DNA of 37,557 bases from an uncultured archaeon (GTDB taxonomy: Archaea > Thermoplasmatota > Penumbrarchaeia > JASLWR01): assembly GCA_964342815.1 (NCBI GenBank), contig CAYFHS010000020.1:37894-75450 (forward strand), in the 5' to 3' direction. How positions within the stretch are numbered: the stretch's first letter is position 1; each line of letters starts with the position of its first letter. Positions 8,095-16,795 of the stretch are shown here, piece after piece. The translations under genes and the position numbers were made by a program. A model generated the notes under the pieces. It made no database searches and was not told where the DNA came from. It saw only the letters and a list, made by a program, of their open reading frames with translations.

Positions 8095-9069
8095 TTAATC
8101 CTCTTTCATTAAGAATGATTTATCAACGAATTCATTTGAAACTTCTTTTGAAATCATAGTGCTAAAAGAAGTTACATTTCTTACTTTCCTCATTCTTCCG
8201 TATTCTAATGGAATTATATTAATATTAGGTTTGGATATTAATGACCTTGAATGAGTACCAATTATGAATTGATTATTATTCTGTTCATGCGATTTTTGGA
8301 TGATATTTGAAATTTCAATAACCATTCGAGGATTCATGTGTAATTCTGGTTCGTCGATAAGTATTAAGGAGTTTTTCGAAAAATGAATAATTGATATAAA
8401 TGAAATCAATTGTTGAACTCCTGAAGATAATAACCCGAATGGAATCGCATAATTGTTAATAATTGCTATGAGCTTACCATGTTGGTTTTCCTTATCTAAT
8501 GAGATATATATTTTCTTGAGATCGGGATGAACTTTTGATATTAGATCCGATAATTCTTCTAGTTCATCAGGTTTATTTATGGTCATTTCAACATATGGTC
8601 TCAGTGCTTCTTCAGATCCCATTTCGCTACTATCAAATTTTCGTTGAGGTAGATATTGTATATTGCGAAGACTGAAATATTGGTTTCTGAAATGTCTTTC
8701 TGAAGGAATATAATGGTAATATCCAATTAGAGTTTCAATGTCTGAAAAGCGAGGAACATTATCCATGTTTATAGATAAATTAAGTCCATCGGTTACTTTG
8801 TAAGTCATTTTCATTTTCTTTTCATTTTTATGTGTGACTTCTCCTACAAATTGAATCGCTTTTGTAGTTCCAAACCAAAAATCAGATTTTTCCACACGTA
8901 AGAGTTTCTTTTCAAGTAAAAGACCCTCGAAGAACCTATTAATCGCTGTTAGAATGTTTGATTTCCCACAACCGTTAGGTCCTATAAGAACATTAACGCC
9001 AGGCTCAATTGAGAGCGAAATATTAAATATTGACCGATAGTTTTTAATATTAAATGTGTGAAGTTGCAT
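8095..9069 (-). CDS. ABC-like ATPase (OLD/AAA_15/AAA_21-type), no C-terminal TOPRIM domain
   Basis: N-terminal IKNYRSI, Walker A GPNGCGKS, signature LSSGVQQ, Walker B LILIDEPELH and H-loop GTHS. Only 324 aa. Confidence 0.9.
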   Translation of the reverse strand: MQLHTFNIKNYRSIFNISLSIEPGVNVLIGPNGCGKSNILTAINRFFEGLLLEKKLLRVEKSDFWFGTTKAIQFVGEVTHKNEKKMKMTYKVTDGLNLSINMDNVPRFSDIETLIGYYHYIPSERHFRNQYFSLRNIQYLPQRKFDSSEMGSEEALRPYVEMTINKPDELEELSDLISKVHPDLKKIYISLDKENQHGKLIAIINNYAIPFGLLSSGVQQLISFISIIHFSKNSLILIDEPELHMNPRMVIEISNIIQKSHEQNNNQFIIGTHSRSLISKPNINIIPLEYGRMRKVRNVTSFSTMISKEVSNEFVDKSFLMKED

Positions 9070-9802
9070 ATTCTAAGTACGGTACTTATGTTATTAAAAA
9101 GTTACTCTGTTGTTGGCTAATCTTCCAGTTTTCGATTTTACCAATTTAAGGTTTAAGATTTCTCCACAGAAAAAAAAGTAGCTCAATTCTTAGAACTCGA
9201 AAAATCATCGCCTTTTCCCACCATCTCCGATGCTTGGTGGTACAGCACATTTATAACTAGCGAGTTCTAGGCTCACGTAAATGGACGAAGAGAAGCAGAA
9301 ATAGAGTTAATTTGTAGTCTTTTCACCAAAATAATTTCCGATCGCTGTAGCAGTTCTACAAAACTAATAATCGCAAACAAAACAATATTAATGTCCGGCA
9401 TTCTTTATAGATAAGTTAGATGTCGGTTTCTGTGATTGATTTCTCAGTTTGGTTGTGATTTGGTTTAATTTTTTCAATTGCTCATAAATGATTAACAAAG
9501 GTTTTTAATCCTCGGCGATTTCAATAGCTAAACATTGGAATCAAACCACTTTCCCGGGATAAATCGTTCTTATGTAATAAAAAAATCCTCAATTGGACCC
9601 TCGAATATCTTATTGATATCAAGAACATAGATGGAGTATTTGTTTCAAGAAATCACGAACAAAAATGTTATTTAATAGTGGGATTATTAAATTCAGCGGA
9701 ATCGGTCCTTCCAGGGTGCGATTCCGCGAACATCATCAAGGTTTACACCATTGAAGATATCTCGAAGCTGTTCGAATAATTAAAGTTCATACGGGATCAT
9801 AT

Positions 9803-12800
9803 ATGAAAAGAGAAATTGTGATCGGTGTATTACTTATATTGATAGTCCAAATATTATTCGGCTTCCATTCTCCCGCCGAATCGATTCGGTATTCCGAAAG
9901 CAGGATTGGTTCCGATTACATCAAGGAAATGAAAAAAAATTCACACAATGAAGTTGAAAATGAGCATCCCAAACCCCGTACATTTCAAAATACTTTCACC
10001 CGACAGGATGAACCCGGTATTGCCGGCACCTGGAGCGATAACTTTGATAGCGACAATAAAATAGAGTGGATGGAAGGAGTTAATGTAGGGAGCGGAAAGG
10101 TCAATATGAACTATTGGACTTATAAAAAATCTATTAACATTACGAATAATCAAGGGCGGATAAGTTCTTATCAAACCTTGCTAACCTTGAATTTATCGGT
10201 CTTCAATTATTCTCATACAGGGGATAATGGGAACGATCTGAGATTTCTGGATGAGGAAGGCCGTGAGCTTGCATACTGGATCGAGCAGTGGGATCCTAAC
10301 GGCCAAAGTAATATATGGATCAATATGACCGATATGCCCACTGGCACCACTCGTATCTGGATGCATTACGGCAATCCCACTGCCGGAAGGAGAAGCGATG
10401 GGACACAGGTGTTTGAACTTTTCGATGATTTCGAGGACGAGCAGGTTGGAAACTCCGTTATCCCAGGAGGATGGACTCTTGACAAGGCTGGAACCTATCG
10501 GTTCGGTGTGGCGAACAAGGACGGATCCCGGCGGTGGTGGCAGTATTGTGAACGATGGGCGCCGGTTCCTCCCCACGGAGGGAAAGCGAGGATTTACAAA
10601 CGTACGAGAACCTTGACTAATTGGAGTTTTGAGGGGAGGGTGTTAACATTCAATGCCTACAACAATAATCTGTACACCCCTTGGCTCCTCGCCTCATTCG
10701 GTTCTACGGCCGCCACGGCAACTTTCCGTCATGTCAATCCTGATCATGTCTGTTTCCTTGGTGGGTCCGGTTATCAACCCTTTCAATGGAAGGATAACAC
10801 CTGGTACGATTTCAGACTCACATACGACGGGCAGGTCCACCGCTTGTATTTCGATAATGAATTGAAGGCATCCTGGTGGCACGCCGGAGATTCTACCGAT
10901 AGATTCTACCTGGGCAGCGGTTACTTTGGCAAGAACTATTACGACCTCCCTCGTGTGAGGAAATATATTTCCCAGGAACCCACAATCCAGGTGGGTGACG
11001 AAATTTTGAATCCACTACCCCGTATCGTTTCGAAGCCTATAACCCTGCCAAAAAATATGCGTCGGTACACACTGAGTGTAACAAAGGTGGAATCGTTGGA
11101 TACCAATATTGCAATTTCAGTCCTGAACAGTACGTCCAACGAATCTTTACAGGGATATACGAACTTATCGGAAAATATTATTAACCTCAGCGCGCTGCCT
11201 CATATGAACGTCAGCTCGATACGTCTGGTAGCCTGGTTCACAGGTAGTAAGCAGTCAACACCGTCTCTCGATTCTTGGAAGATCGAATGGGCGTCAAAAT
11301 ATCCGCGGTTTGTCTTGAATATTTCGGACATCTCCATTGCAGAGGAAACACTTGAAAATAATATCCTCGATCTATCTAATCACTTCGTGGATGATTATTC
11401 CAGCGAAAAATCCTTTTACTATAATCTCGAGTATATCTCGGATCCAACAAACGTGGTTTTTAAGCTTGAAGGCTCGATATTGGATCTAGTATATTTGGCA
11501 GAAAACTTTACTGGTGAGGTCTATTTACGGGTTAATTATACCAATGGTTATAATTTGAAAGTCTCATCAAATCTATTCAAATTGATAGTTCATAACATCG
11601 ATGACGGTCCTGTATGGGTACTTGAGCCGCCCCGAATATCCATGCGTGAGGATACTCATTATGTATCGAATTTTTCTCTCGATGATTTCGTATTCGATGC
11701 TGAGAACGACGATCTTGAATTTTCAGCGGAGAGCTCGGATGATAATCTTACCGTGGAGGTGGGCGATAACAACAGCCTGGTGATAATCCCGGAATTGGAC
11801 TACTTTGGTAAAGGAAAAATTTTGGTAGAGGTCCGGGAGACCGCAAGCACTGATCTTTTTGCAAAAAAAAGTATTGAGTTTATCGTAGATCCGGTAAATG
11901 ACCCACCAAGGATCGTCATGGATATTGACGATAGGTTTATAGAGGAAGATTCAAAATTGTATCTCGATGTCGATAAATATTATTTTGATCCGGATGACTC
12001 TGAACTTTTGTTCATGTCCACCACGGAAAGCGATAACATCAGCCTGTCCATATTAACGAACAATTCTCTTTTGATAGAACCCTCGCCGGATTGGTTTGGT
12101 AAAGCTAGGATATCCCTTGCAGCGGTGGATCCGTCGGGCGAGATGGGAAATATATTTTTTGATGTCGAGGTAGCGGACGTCAATGACATTCCACGTGCAT
12201 TTATTCTACCTTTTTCTGAAGAGTTGATCATAGGCGGGGACGACATGTCGATCACGGGACTGGGACTTGATGATGATGGACAAATTGTGGAATACTTATG
12301 GGAATCGGATGTGAATGGGTACCTCTCAAATACCTCTATATTGGACCTGGCGGCGGTTTCCCCATTATCTCAAGGACGTCATGTGATTTCATTTTCAGTA
12401 ATGGATGAAGATGGGGCATGGTCTTCTTCTGTACTCGCTGAATTACTTATTACATCACCACTACTGGAGCTTGAGGATTTTTCCATCGAAGGTAAGAAAT
12501 TTACTGAAGGGGATGATGTGACCATCAAACTCAAGATAACAAACAGAGGCACTGCTCTTGCGAAAGACATTATCGTTGGCATCAAGGTTGACGGATACGA
12601 GATTGATTCGATTACGTTCCCCTATATTTTCAGCGGAGAGAGTAAAACTGCTGAGACGATTTGGCTAGCTGAGGTAGGAAATCATAATATATCGCTGGAA
12701 ATTATGGATTCGAATAGCTGGACCGTTGAAATACGTGATGAGCTAAAACCTGTTAAGTTGATTGAAGTGGAGAACGACCGAAGCTATTATTTGCTGCTAA

Positions 12801-12985
12801 CATCTCTCGGATTTTCGCTGATGCTAATAATTTTATTTTTTGTTATTTCCACGGGACTGAAAAGCCGCCGTCGAAAGAAGATCCTTCGTTCTTTGCGTAA
12901 CGAGATAGAAGAAACTGCTTTGAACGGAGTCGGAGTTGCAGAAGCAGAAGAAATTTATAAAGCGTGCAAAGATAAATTTGGATGA
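9803..12985 (+). CDS. Secreted, C-terminally anchored surface protein: DUF2341, lectin-like domain, Ig/cadherin-like repeats, CARDB-like domain, TM
   Basis: Signal peptide; DLRFLDEEGRELAYWIEQW...IWMHYGNPTA...FDDFE (DUF2341 pattern); NIDDGP, VNDPP and VNDIP repeat junctions; ITNRG...GNHNI (CARDB-like); TM followed by KSRRRKK. Confidence 0.75.
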   Translation: MKREIVIGVLLILIVQILFGFHSPAESIRYSESRIGSDYIKEMKKNSHNEVENEHPKPRTFQNTFTRQDEPGIAGTWSDNFDSDNKIEWMEGVNVGSGKVNMNYWTYKKSINITNNQGRISSYQTLLTLNLSVFNYSHTGDNGNDLRFLDEEGRELAYWIEQWDPNGQSNIWINMTDMPTGTTRIWMHYGNPTAGRRSDGTQVFELFDDFEDEQVGNSVIPGGWTLDKAGTYRFGVANKDGSRRWWQYCERWAPVPPHGGKARIYKRTRTLTNWSFEGRVLTFNAYNNNLYTPWLLASFGSTAATATFRHVNPDHVCFLGGSGYQPFQWKDNTWYDFRLTYDGQVHRLYFDNELKASWWHAGDSTDRFYLGSGYFGKNYYDLPRVRKYISQEPTIQVGDEILNPLPRIVSKPITLPKNMRRYTLSVTKVESLDTNIAISVLNSTSNESLQGYTNLSENIINLSALPHMNVSSIRLVAWFTGSKQSTPSLDSWKIEWASKYPRFVLNISDISIAEETLENNILDLSNHFVDDYSSEKSFYYNLEYISDPTNVVFKLEGSILDLVYLAENFTGEVYLRVNYTNGYNLKVSSNLFKLIVHNIDDGPVWVLEPPRISMREDTHYVSNFSLDDFVFDAENDDLEFSAESSDDNLTVEVGDNNSLVIIPELDYFGKGKILVEVRETASTDLFAKKSIEFIVDPVNDPPRIVMDIDDRFIEEDSKLYLDVDKYYFDPDDSELLFMSTTESDNISLSILTNNSLLIEPSPDWFGKARISLAAVDPSGEMGNIFFDVEVADVNDIPRAFILPFSEELIIGGDDMSITGLGLDDDGQIVEYLWESDVNGYLSNTSILDLAAVSPLSQGRHVISFSVMDEDGAWSSSVLAELLITSPLLELEDFSIEGKKFTEGDDVTIKLKITNRGTALAKDIIVGIKVDGYEIDSITFPYIFSGESKTAETIWLAEVGNHNISLEIMDSNSWTVEIRDELKPVKLIEVENDRSYYLLLTSLGFSLMLIILFFVISTGLKSRRRKKILRSLRNEIEETALNGVGVAEAEEIYKACKDKFG

Positions 12986-12996
12986 GTTTTTAAAAT

Positions 12997-13028
12997 AAAA
13001 AAAAAGGTAAGCGAAGAGCTCGCTTACC
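12997..13028 (-). terminator. Hairpin plus U9 terminator for the archaellin operon
   Basis: 9-bp stem GGTAAGCGA/TCGCTTACC (13006-13028) overlapping the stop codon, followed on the minus strand by T9 (A-run 12997-13005). Lies between convergent genes. Confidence 0.7.
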
Positions 13029-14922
13029 ATATCAGAATATATCTATCATCCCGCATTGGAGGGATCTCAAAGGTGTGAATGCATATTTCTGCCTCTGCAA
13101 GCAGGATCTTCATTACCACTTCTTTATCCAGGGTCATGGTTACACCAACATCGGCAAGATCTATGTATATATTTACTAGCGTCCCCTTTTCCAATTCACC
13201 AGAGTGTTCAAAGTCACTGAAACCGCTGTCTGTTGGATTCACAGCGATGGCAGTATAGCTTTCGTTGGTATTATCTGCATTGTAATAAAGGGTTAAATGT
13301 TCAGAACCGTCGTAAAGGTCTATCGATACATCCTTCATATTTATTGAATCGCTCCCGGATCGCGGTCTCACCTTGAATTCCAGAACCTGTATCCGGTCAG
13401 TGGGGATTACTGGGTAAGCCATGTTTCCCGCACTGTCCACTGCTGTTATGAGATAATAATAATATACCGATGTCAATCCATTATAATCTGTAAATGATCT
13501 GGCGTTTTCACTCAACTCTACTAGCGGGTCTAAATGCTTGACCTTCTCCAGCGTATTGATATCGTCGTTGTCTCGCACCCGATATACATTGTAACCTCCG
13601 ATGCCGGAATCGCTATCTGCTGCCGAGTTCCATGTGAGCCTGATGGAGTTTGGGTTGCGGAAATAGAAGAGATTGTATATACCTGTGGGATTTTTTCTAT
13701 CGACTCGGGTTACGTCTATTCCTTCAGCAATGTTATACAATACCTGGTTGCCCGAAGCGTCCTCACCTATTATTCCATAATGGTAGGTTCCTGTTTCTGA
13801 AGGATGGTCGTAATAACTGCTGGCAGAACCGTTGAGGAGGGCAATGAGGGTATTGTCATCATGTATATTGACCCTTGTCCGGCCGTCCGTATCGATATAT
13901 GATCCGGCATTTTCCATGGAGGATTCGTTGACGTAAATGTACTGTCTGGCAAGAGCGGTTCCGGCATCCGGATCCGGGATTGTCCACAGAATTGTTACCG
14001 TTCCACTCAACTCGAATTCCAATTTAAAATGCGTACCGGCAATATGCGGGGTGGAGTCTTGATCGAAGGTATTATTATCGGTCCTGTTATAATTATTTGT
14101 ACCGGAATACAGCACCATGTTGTTTGCCATGTCAATACCCACAACAGCATATGCGTAATATAGAGAACGTATATCTCCGACGCTATAGTCGATGTATGTT
14201 TTTTGGTTGTTATCTTCCTCATTATATGGGATTATGGCGATCAAGTCACTAGTGGTTAAGACCTTGTTCAAACTCACCAATGCATCCAAAGAGCCGTTGA
14301 GAGTATCGGCTTCGGAACGAAAAATCCTTTCCTCTTTCATTCCTGTGTCCAGGTCCACTCCGGAGTTCCAGGTTAGTTTCACGTACAGCGGGGAAACACC
14401 GTCCGGAGTCACCCAGACGGATTCAATTGAGCCTCGGAGAGGTTCATAACTTTCTCTTTTGGGAAAACGAGTTCTTATCATGGTGCTGTCATTTCCGTTC
14501 TCGTTCCGATCTCCAATGATGGTCACAACATCGAGACCCGCAGTGATGGAATCGGTTGTATCTTCAAGAACACCTCTCGCGTCATTTCTTAAAAGTGAGC
14601 CTGCATAGAGCATAATCCCTGCGGCGATGGCTGCGATTATAACCATGGCAATGAAAATTATCAAAGTTCCAACACCCATGGTGGCTTTTTCATTTTGTCG
14701 GAATCGAGCCCTTTTAGAGTTTGTTCGTGCAATTACTTTTGTCGAACAATGCACCATTGAAGACTTGTTTTTTCTTCCTCCGATAATGGGATCGTTCCCC
14801 CTTGAGTAAATATTATTGAAGATGAGAGTCACTAGGTCTGCCCTGTTAGACCGCCTTTCATCGAATTTTTTTTCATTATTAATAGAATCCGGAATCTTCA
14901 CCAAGTCAGCTCTGAAGATCAT
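13024..14922 (-). CDS. flaB: Archaellin (FlaB/ArlB family) with three inserted Fn3-like domains
   Basis: Class III signal EKA/TMGVGTLIIFIAMVIIAAIAAG and an archaellin-like C-terminus (IQVLEFKVRPRSGSDSINM...LEKGTLVNIYID). Three W...Y...AVD.xGN repeats lie in between. ATGA overlap with the upstream gene and a GGGGTGG SD. Confidence 0.8.
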   Translation of the reverse strand: MIFRADLVKIPDSINNEKKFDERRSNRADLVTLIFNNIYSRGNDPIIGGRKNKSSMVHCSTKVIARTNSKRARFRQNEKATMGVGTLIIFIAMVIIAAIAAGIMLYAGSLLRNDARGVLEDTTDSITAGLDVVTIIGDRNENGNDSTMIRTRFPKRESYEPLRGSIESVWVTPDGVSPLYVKLTWNSGVDLDTGMKEERIFRSEADTLNGSLDALVSLNKVLTTSDLIAIIPYNEEDNNQKTYIDYSVGDIRSLYYAYAVVGIDMANNMVLYSGTNNYNRTDNNTFDQDSTPHIAGTHFKLEFELSGTVTILWTIPDPDAGTALARQYIYVNESSMENAGSYIDTDGRTRVNIHDDNTLIALLNGSASSYYDHPSETGTYHYGIIGEDASGNQVLYNIAEGIDVTRVDRKNPTGIYNLFYFRNPNSIRLTWNSAADSDSGIGGYNVYRVRDNDDINTLEKVKHLDPLVELSENARSFTDYNGLTSVYYYYLITAVDSAGNMAYPVIPTDRIQVLEFKVRPRSGSDSINMKDVSIDLYDGSEHLTLYYNADNTNESYTAIAVNPTDSGFSDFEHSGELEKGTLVNIYIDLADVGVTMTLDKEVVMKILLAEAEICIHTFEIPPMRDDRYILIW

Positions 14923-15584
14923 TCCGCCACCCCCCCATCCGTAAACTCGTAAAAATGCTGGTGGAGCTTGAATGTGCTGAAGTCCGTTGTTGTTGTGATG
15001 TCCACCCTGTTTTTTATCATGAAGATTATTTCAAGAACTTTCGCGTGGTGCAGGCTCGTTGTGGTTGGTACGTCGTCCTCGGTTTCGCATTCGAAAAATC
15101 CCAGATCCCCGAAGATCATTTTGGAATAATTCAGTAACTTTTCGAGGACGACCTGGTTGAACCAGCCAAGGTCCCGATAATGGTTCAGAATACTGATGAT
15201 CCCATCCGTACCAACACGTTTCTTTATGAATTCTATAAGAAACATAACCGTTGCGATACCATTCATGTCGTTTGGTAGATCCGTAAGGATAAATAATCCT
15301 TCATCCGGGGGACTTGGTTTCTCGGGTGGCTCTCTTTTTCGAACTATCTTGTCAGGTGTTTTTGGCTGTTTTATCGCGCCATTTTCCTTTTTTTCTTCGA
15401 TTTTTTTTGGTTCCGCTGGCGGCGATTTTGGTTTTCTTGCGAGCCTAAGATATTTGTTCAGACTCTCGTCTTCCCATAATTTGCTTTCGGTTCGACCACT
15501 CTTTGAGTTGTGATCAGATCCTGAAAACCCTTTATCTCCCCAACGTTTTGATTCACCAATGCTCTCAGGTATTGCCATATTCAA
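14919..15584 (-). CDS. ArlD/E (FlaD/E) domain protein with disordered Pro/Lys-rich N-terminus
   Basis: LTDLP...IEFIKKRVG...ILNHYRDLGWF...VLEKLLNY...HHAKVLEII follows the FlaD/E pattern. Coupled to the archaellin. The start could be ATG 15578. Confidence 0.7.
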   Translation of the reverse strand: MNMAIPESIGESKRWGDKGFSGSDHNSKSGRTESKLWEDESLNKYLRLARKPKSPPAEPKKIEEKKENGAIKQPKTPDKIVRKREPPEKPSPPDEGLFILTDLPNDMNGIATVMFLIEFIKKRVGTDGIISILNHYRDLGWFNQVVLEKLLNYSKMIFGDLGFFECETEDDVPTTTSLHHAKVLEIIFMIKNRVDITTTTDFSTFKLHQHFYEFTDGGVAE

Positions 15585-15779
15585 CTACTCCTGAGAGATC
15601 ACAAGCCCTGTGAACCCAGCGCGTAGGGAATTACCATGAAGTAACTCACCTTACACTGATTCTAATTAAAATATGTCATAGGTGATATTTATTTGTTTGT
15701 ATCAGATTTGATAATTAGATATAAAAACCACTATTCATTACCAAAATAATAGATAGCCAGTACTGTAAAATTCTGCTAT

Positions 15780-16487
15780 TCAGACACCCTTTTTGTCCTT
15801 TCCCCATATCATCTTGTGTAATTGAGCTATAAATCGAATGTCCAGATGCGGGGGCCAATCGTATTCTAGGAACAACTTAACCATGTCTCCAAGGTCCGTC
15901 TGATCGCTGGGTTGAATTATCACGGGGGACCGAATCTGATTCTTCTCTGTGAAAGAACGTGCATAGTCCATGTCCCTCACATCGTCAGCAATGAATTTGA
16001 GCTGGTCCCATGGTTCAAGAATGGCGAGATTATCAAAAAGGAAAGATCCGGATTCCCCGGATGATGGTGTTTTTACGTCGAGAGAGATCACAATTTTTCG
16101 ACGACGATCCCGAGGTTCTACACCAAAGGTCTTATCAAGGAATCCACCAACATCCAATGAGCCGTTGGTCTCAAGATGGACCAAAAATCCATCATTTAAA
16201 AGTAAGGTGGTCAATTTCGGTAAATGTTCCTGCAATAGCGGTTCTCCACCAGTAAGACAAACGACCCGTTCCGGGTATTTTCCGATCCTGCTCATCAGTT
16301 CCGTCAGAGATAATCTATTTCCTTCATTGTAAGCATAAATAGTATCACACCATGAGCAGCGGAGATTGCAGCCGGTAAAGCGTGCGAAAATGGTAGGCTG
16401 ACCCTGGTAAATACCCTCACCCTGGATCGAGCGGAAAACCTCGTTAACTTTAAAGATTCTTACCTTTTTTTCGTATGTTCGGGACAT
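15780..16487 (-). CDS. queE: 7-carboxy-7-deazaguanine synthase (radical SAM)
   Basis: EVFRSIQGEG, RFTGCNLRCSWCDT (CxxxCxxC), LTGGEPLLQ, LETNG, DVKTPSSG and QLHKMIW. Confidence 0.92.
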   Translation of the reverse strand: MSRTYEKKVRIFKVNEVFRSIQGEGIYQGQPTIFARFTGCNLRCSWCDTIYAYNEGNRLSLTELMSRIGKYPERVVCLTGGEPLLQEHLPKLTTLLLNDGFLVHLETNGSLDVGGFLDKTFGVEPRDRRRKIVISLDVKTPSSGESGSFLFDNLAILEPWDQLKFIADDVRDMDYARSFTEKNQIRSPVIIQPSDQTDLGDMVKLFLEYDWPPHLDIRFIAQLHKMIWGKDKKGV

Positions 16488-16795
16488 GTTCAGTGCATGG
16501 AAAATGGTATCTTTCGATTATAACTGTTATTGTTATATTCAATAATGTATTGGGTTTTGTTTAAATTTAAATAAAAGCTCACCCCAGGATCAATTAATTA
16601 CCGAAAAAAGTTACCCACAAATGATTAAACCAGTAAGAATGCTCAAAACGGAAACGATAGTTCCATTTAATTGTCCATGATTTATTTCTACATCTATCTA
16701 CCGGATAAATTAATGATTTTTGATAAAAAGTAGTAAACTATAAAAGAAAGTTTGCCCCATCTATATAGATTCAATTAATCAATAAGGTGGATATC

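Noticed and set aside
9191-9312. Nested inverted repeats (TAGAACTCG/CGAGTTCTA and CCACCA/TGGTGG) or an integron attC-like site upstream of the ATPase
   Set aside because: The stems are short, the R-box and L-box spacing does not fit attC, and no second site is seen downstream of the cassette.
7419-9550. 10-bp direct repeat TCAAACCACT (7419-7428 and 9541-9550) as target-site duplication of the ATPase island
   Set aside because: It does not extend beyond 10 bp, and such a match is plausible by chance between two AT-rich intergenic regions. No recombinase is nearby.
16488-16790. preQ1 riboswitch upstream of queE
   Set aside because: No class I stem-loop plus A-rich tail pattern is recognisable; the region looks like divergent AT-rich promoters.
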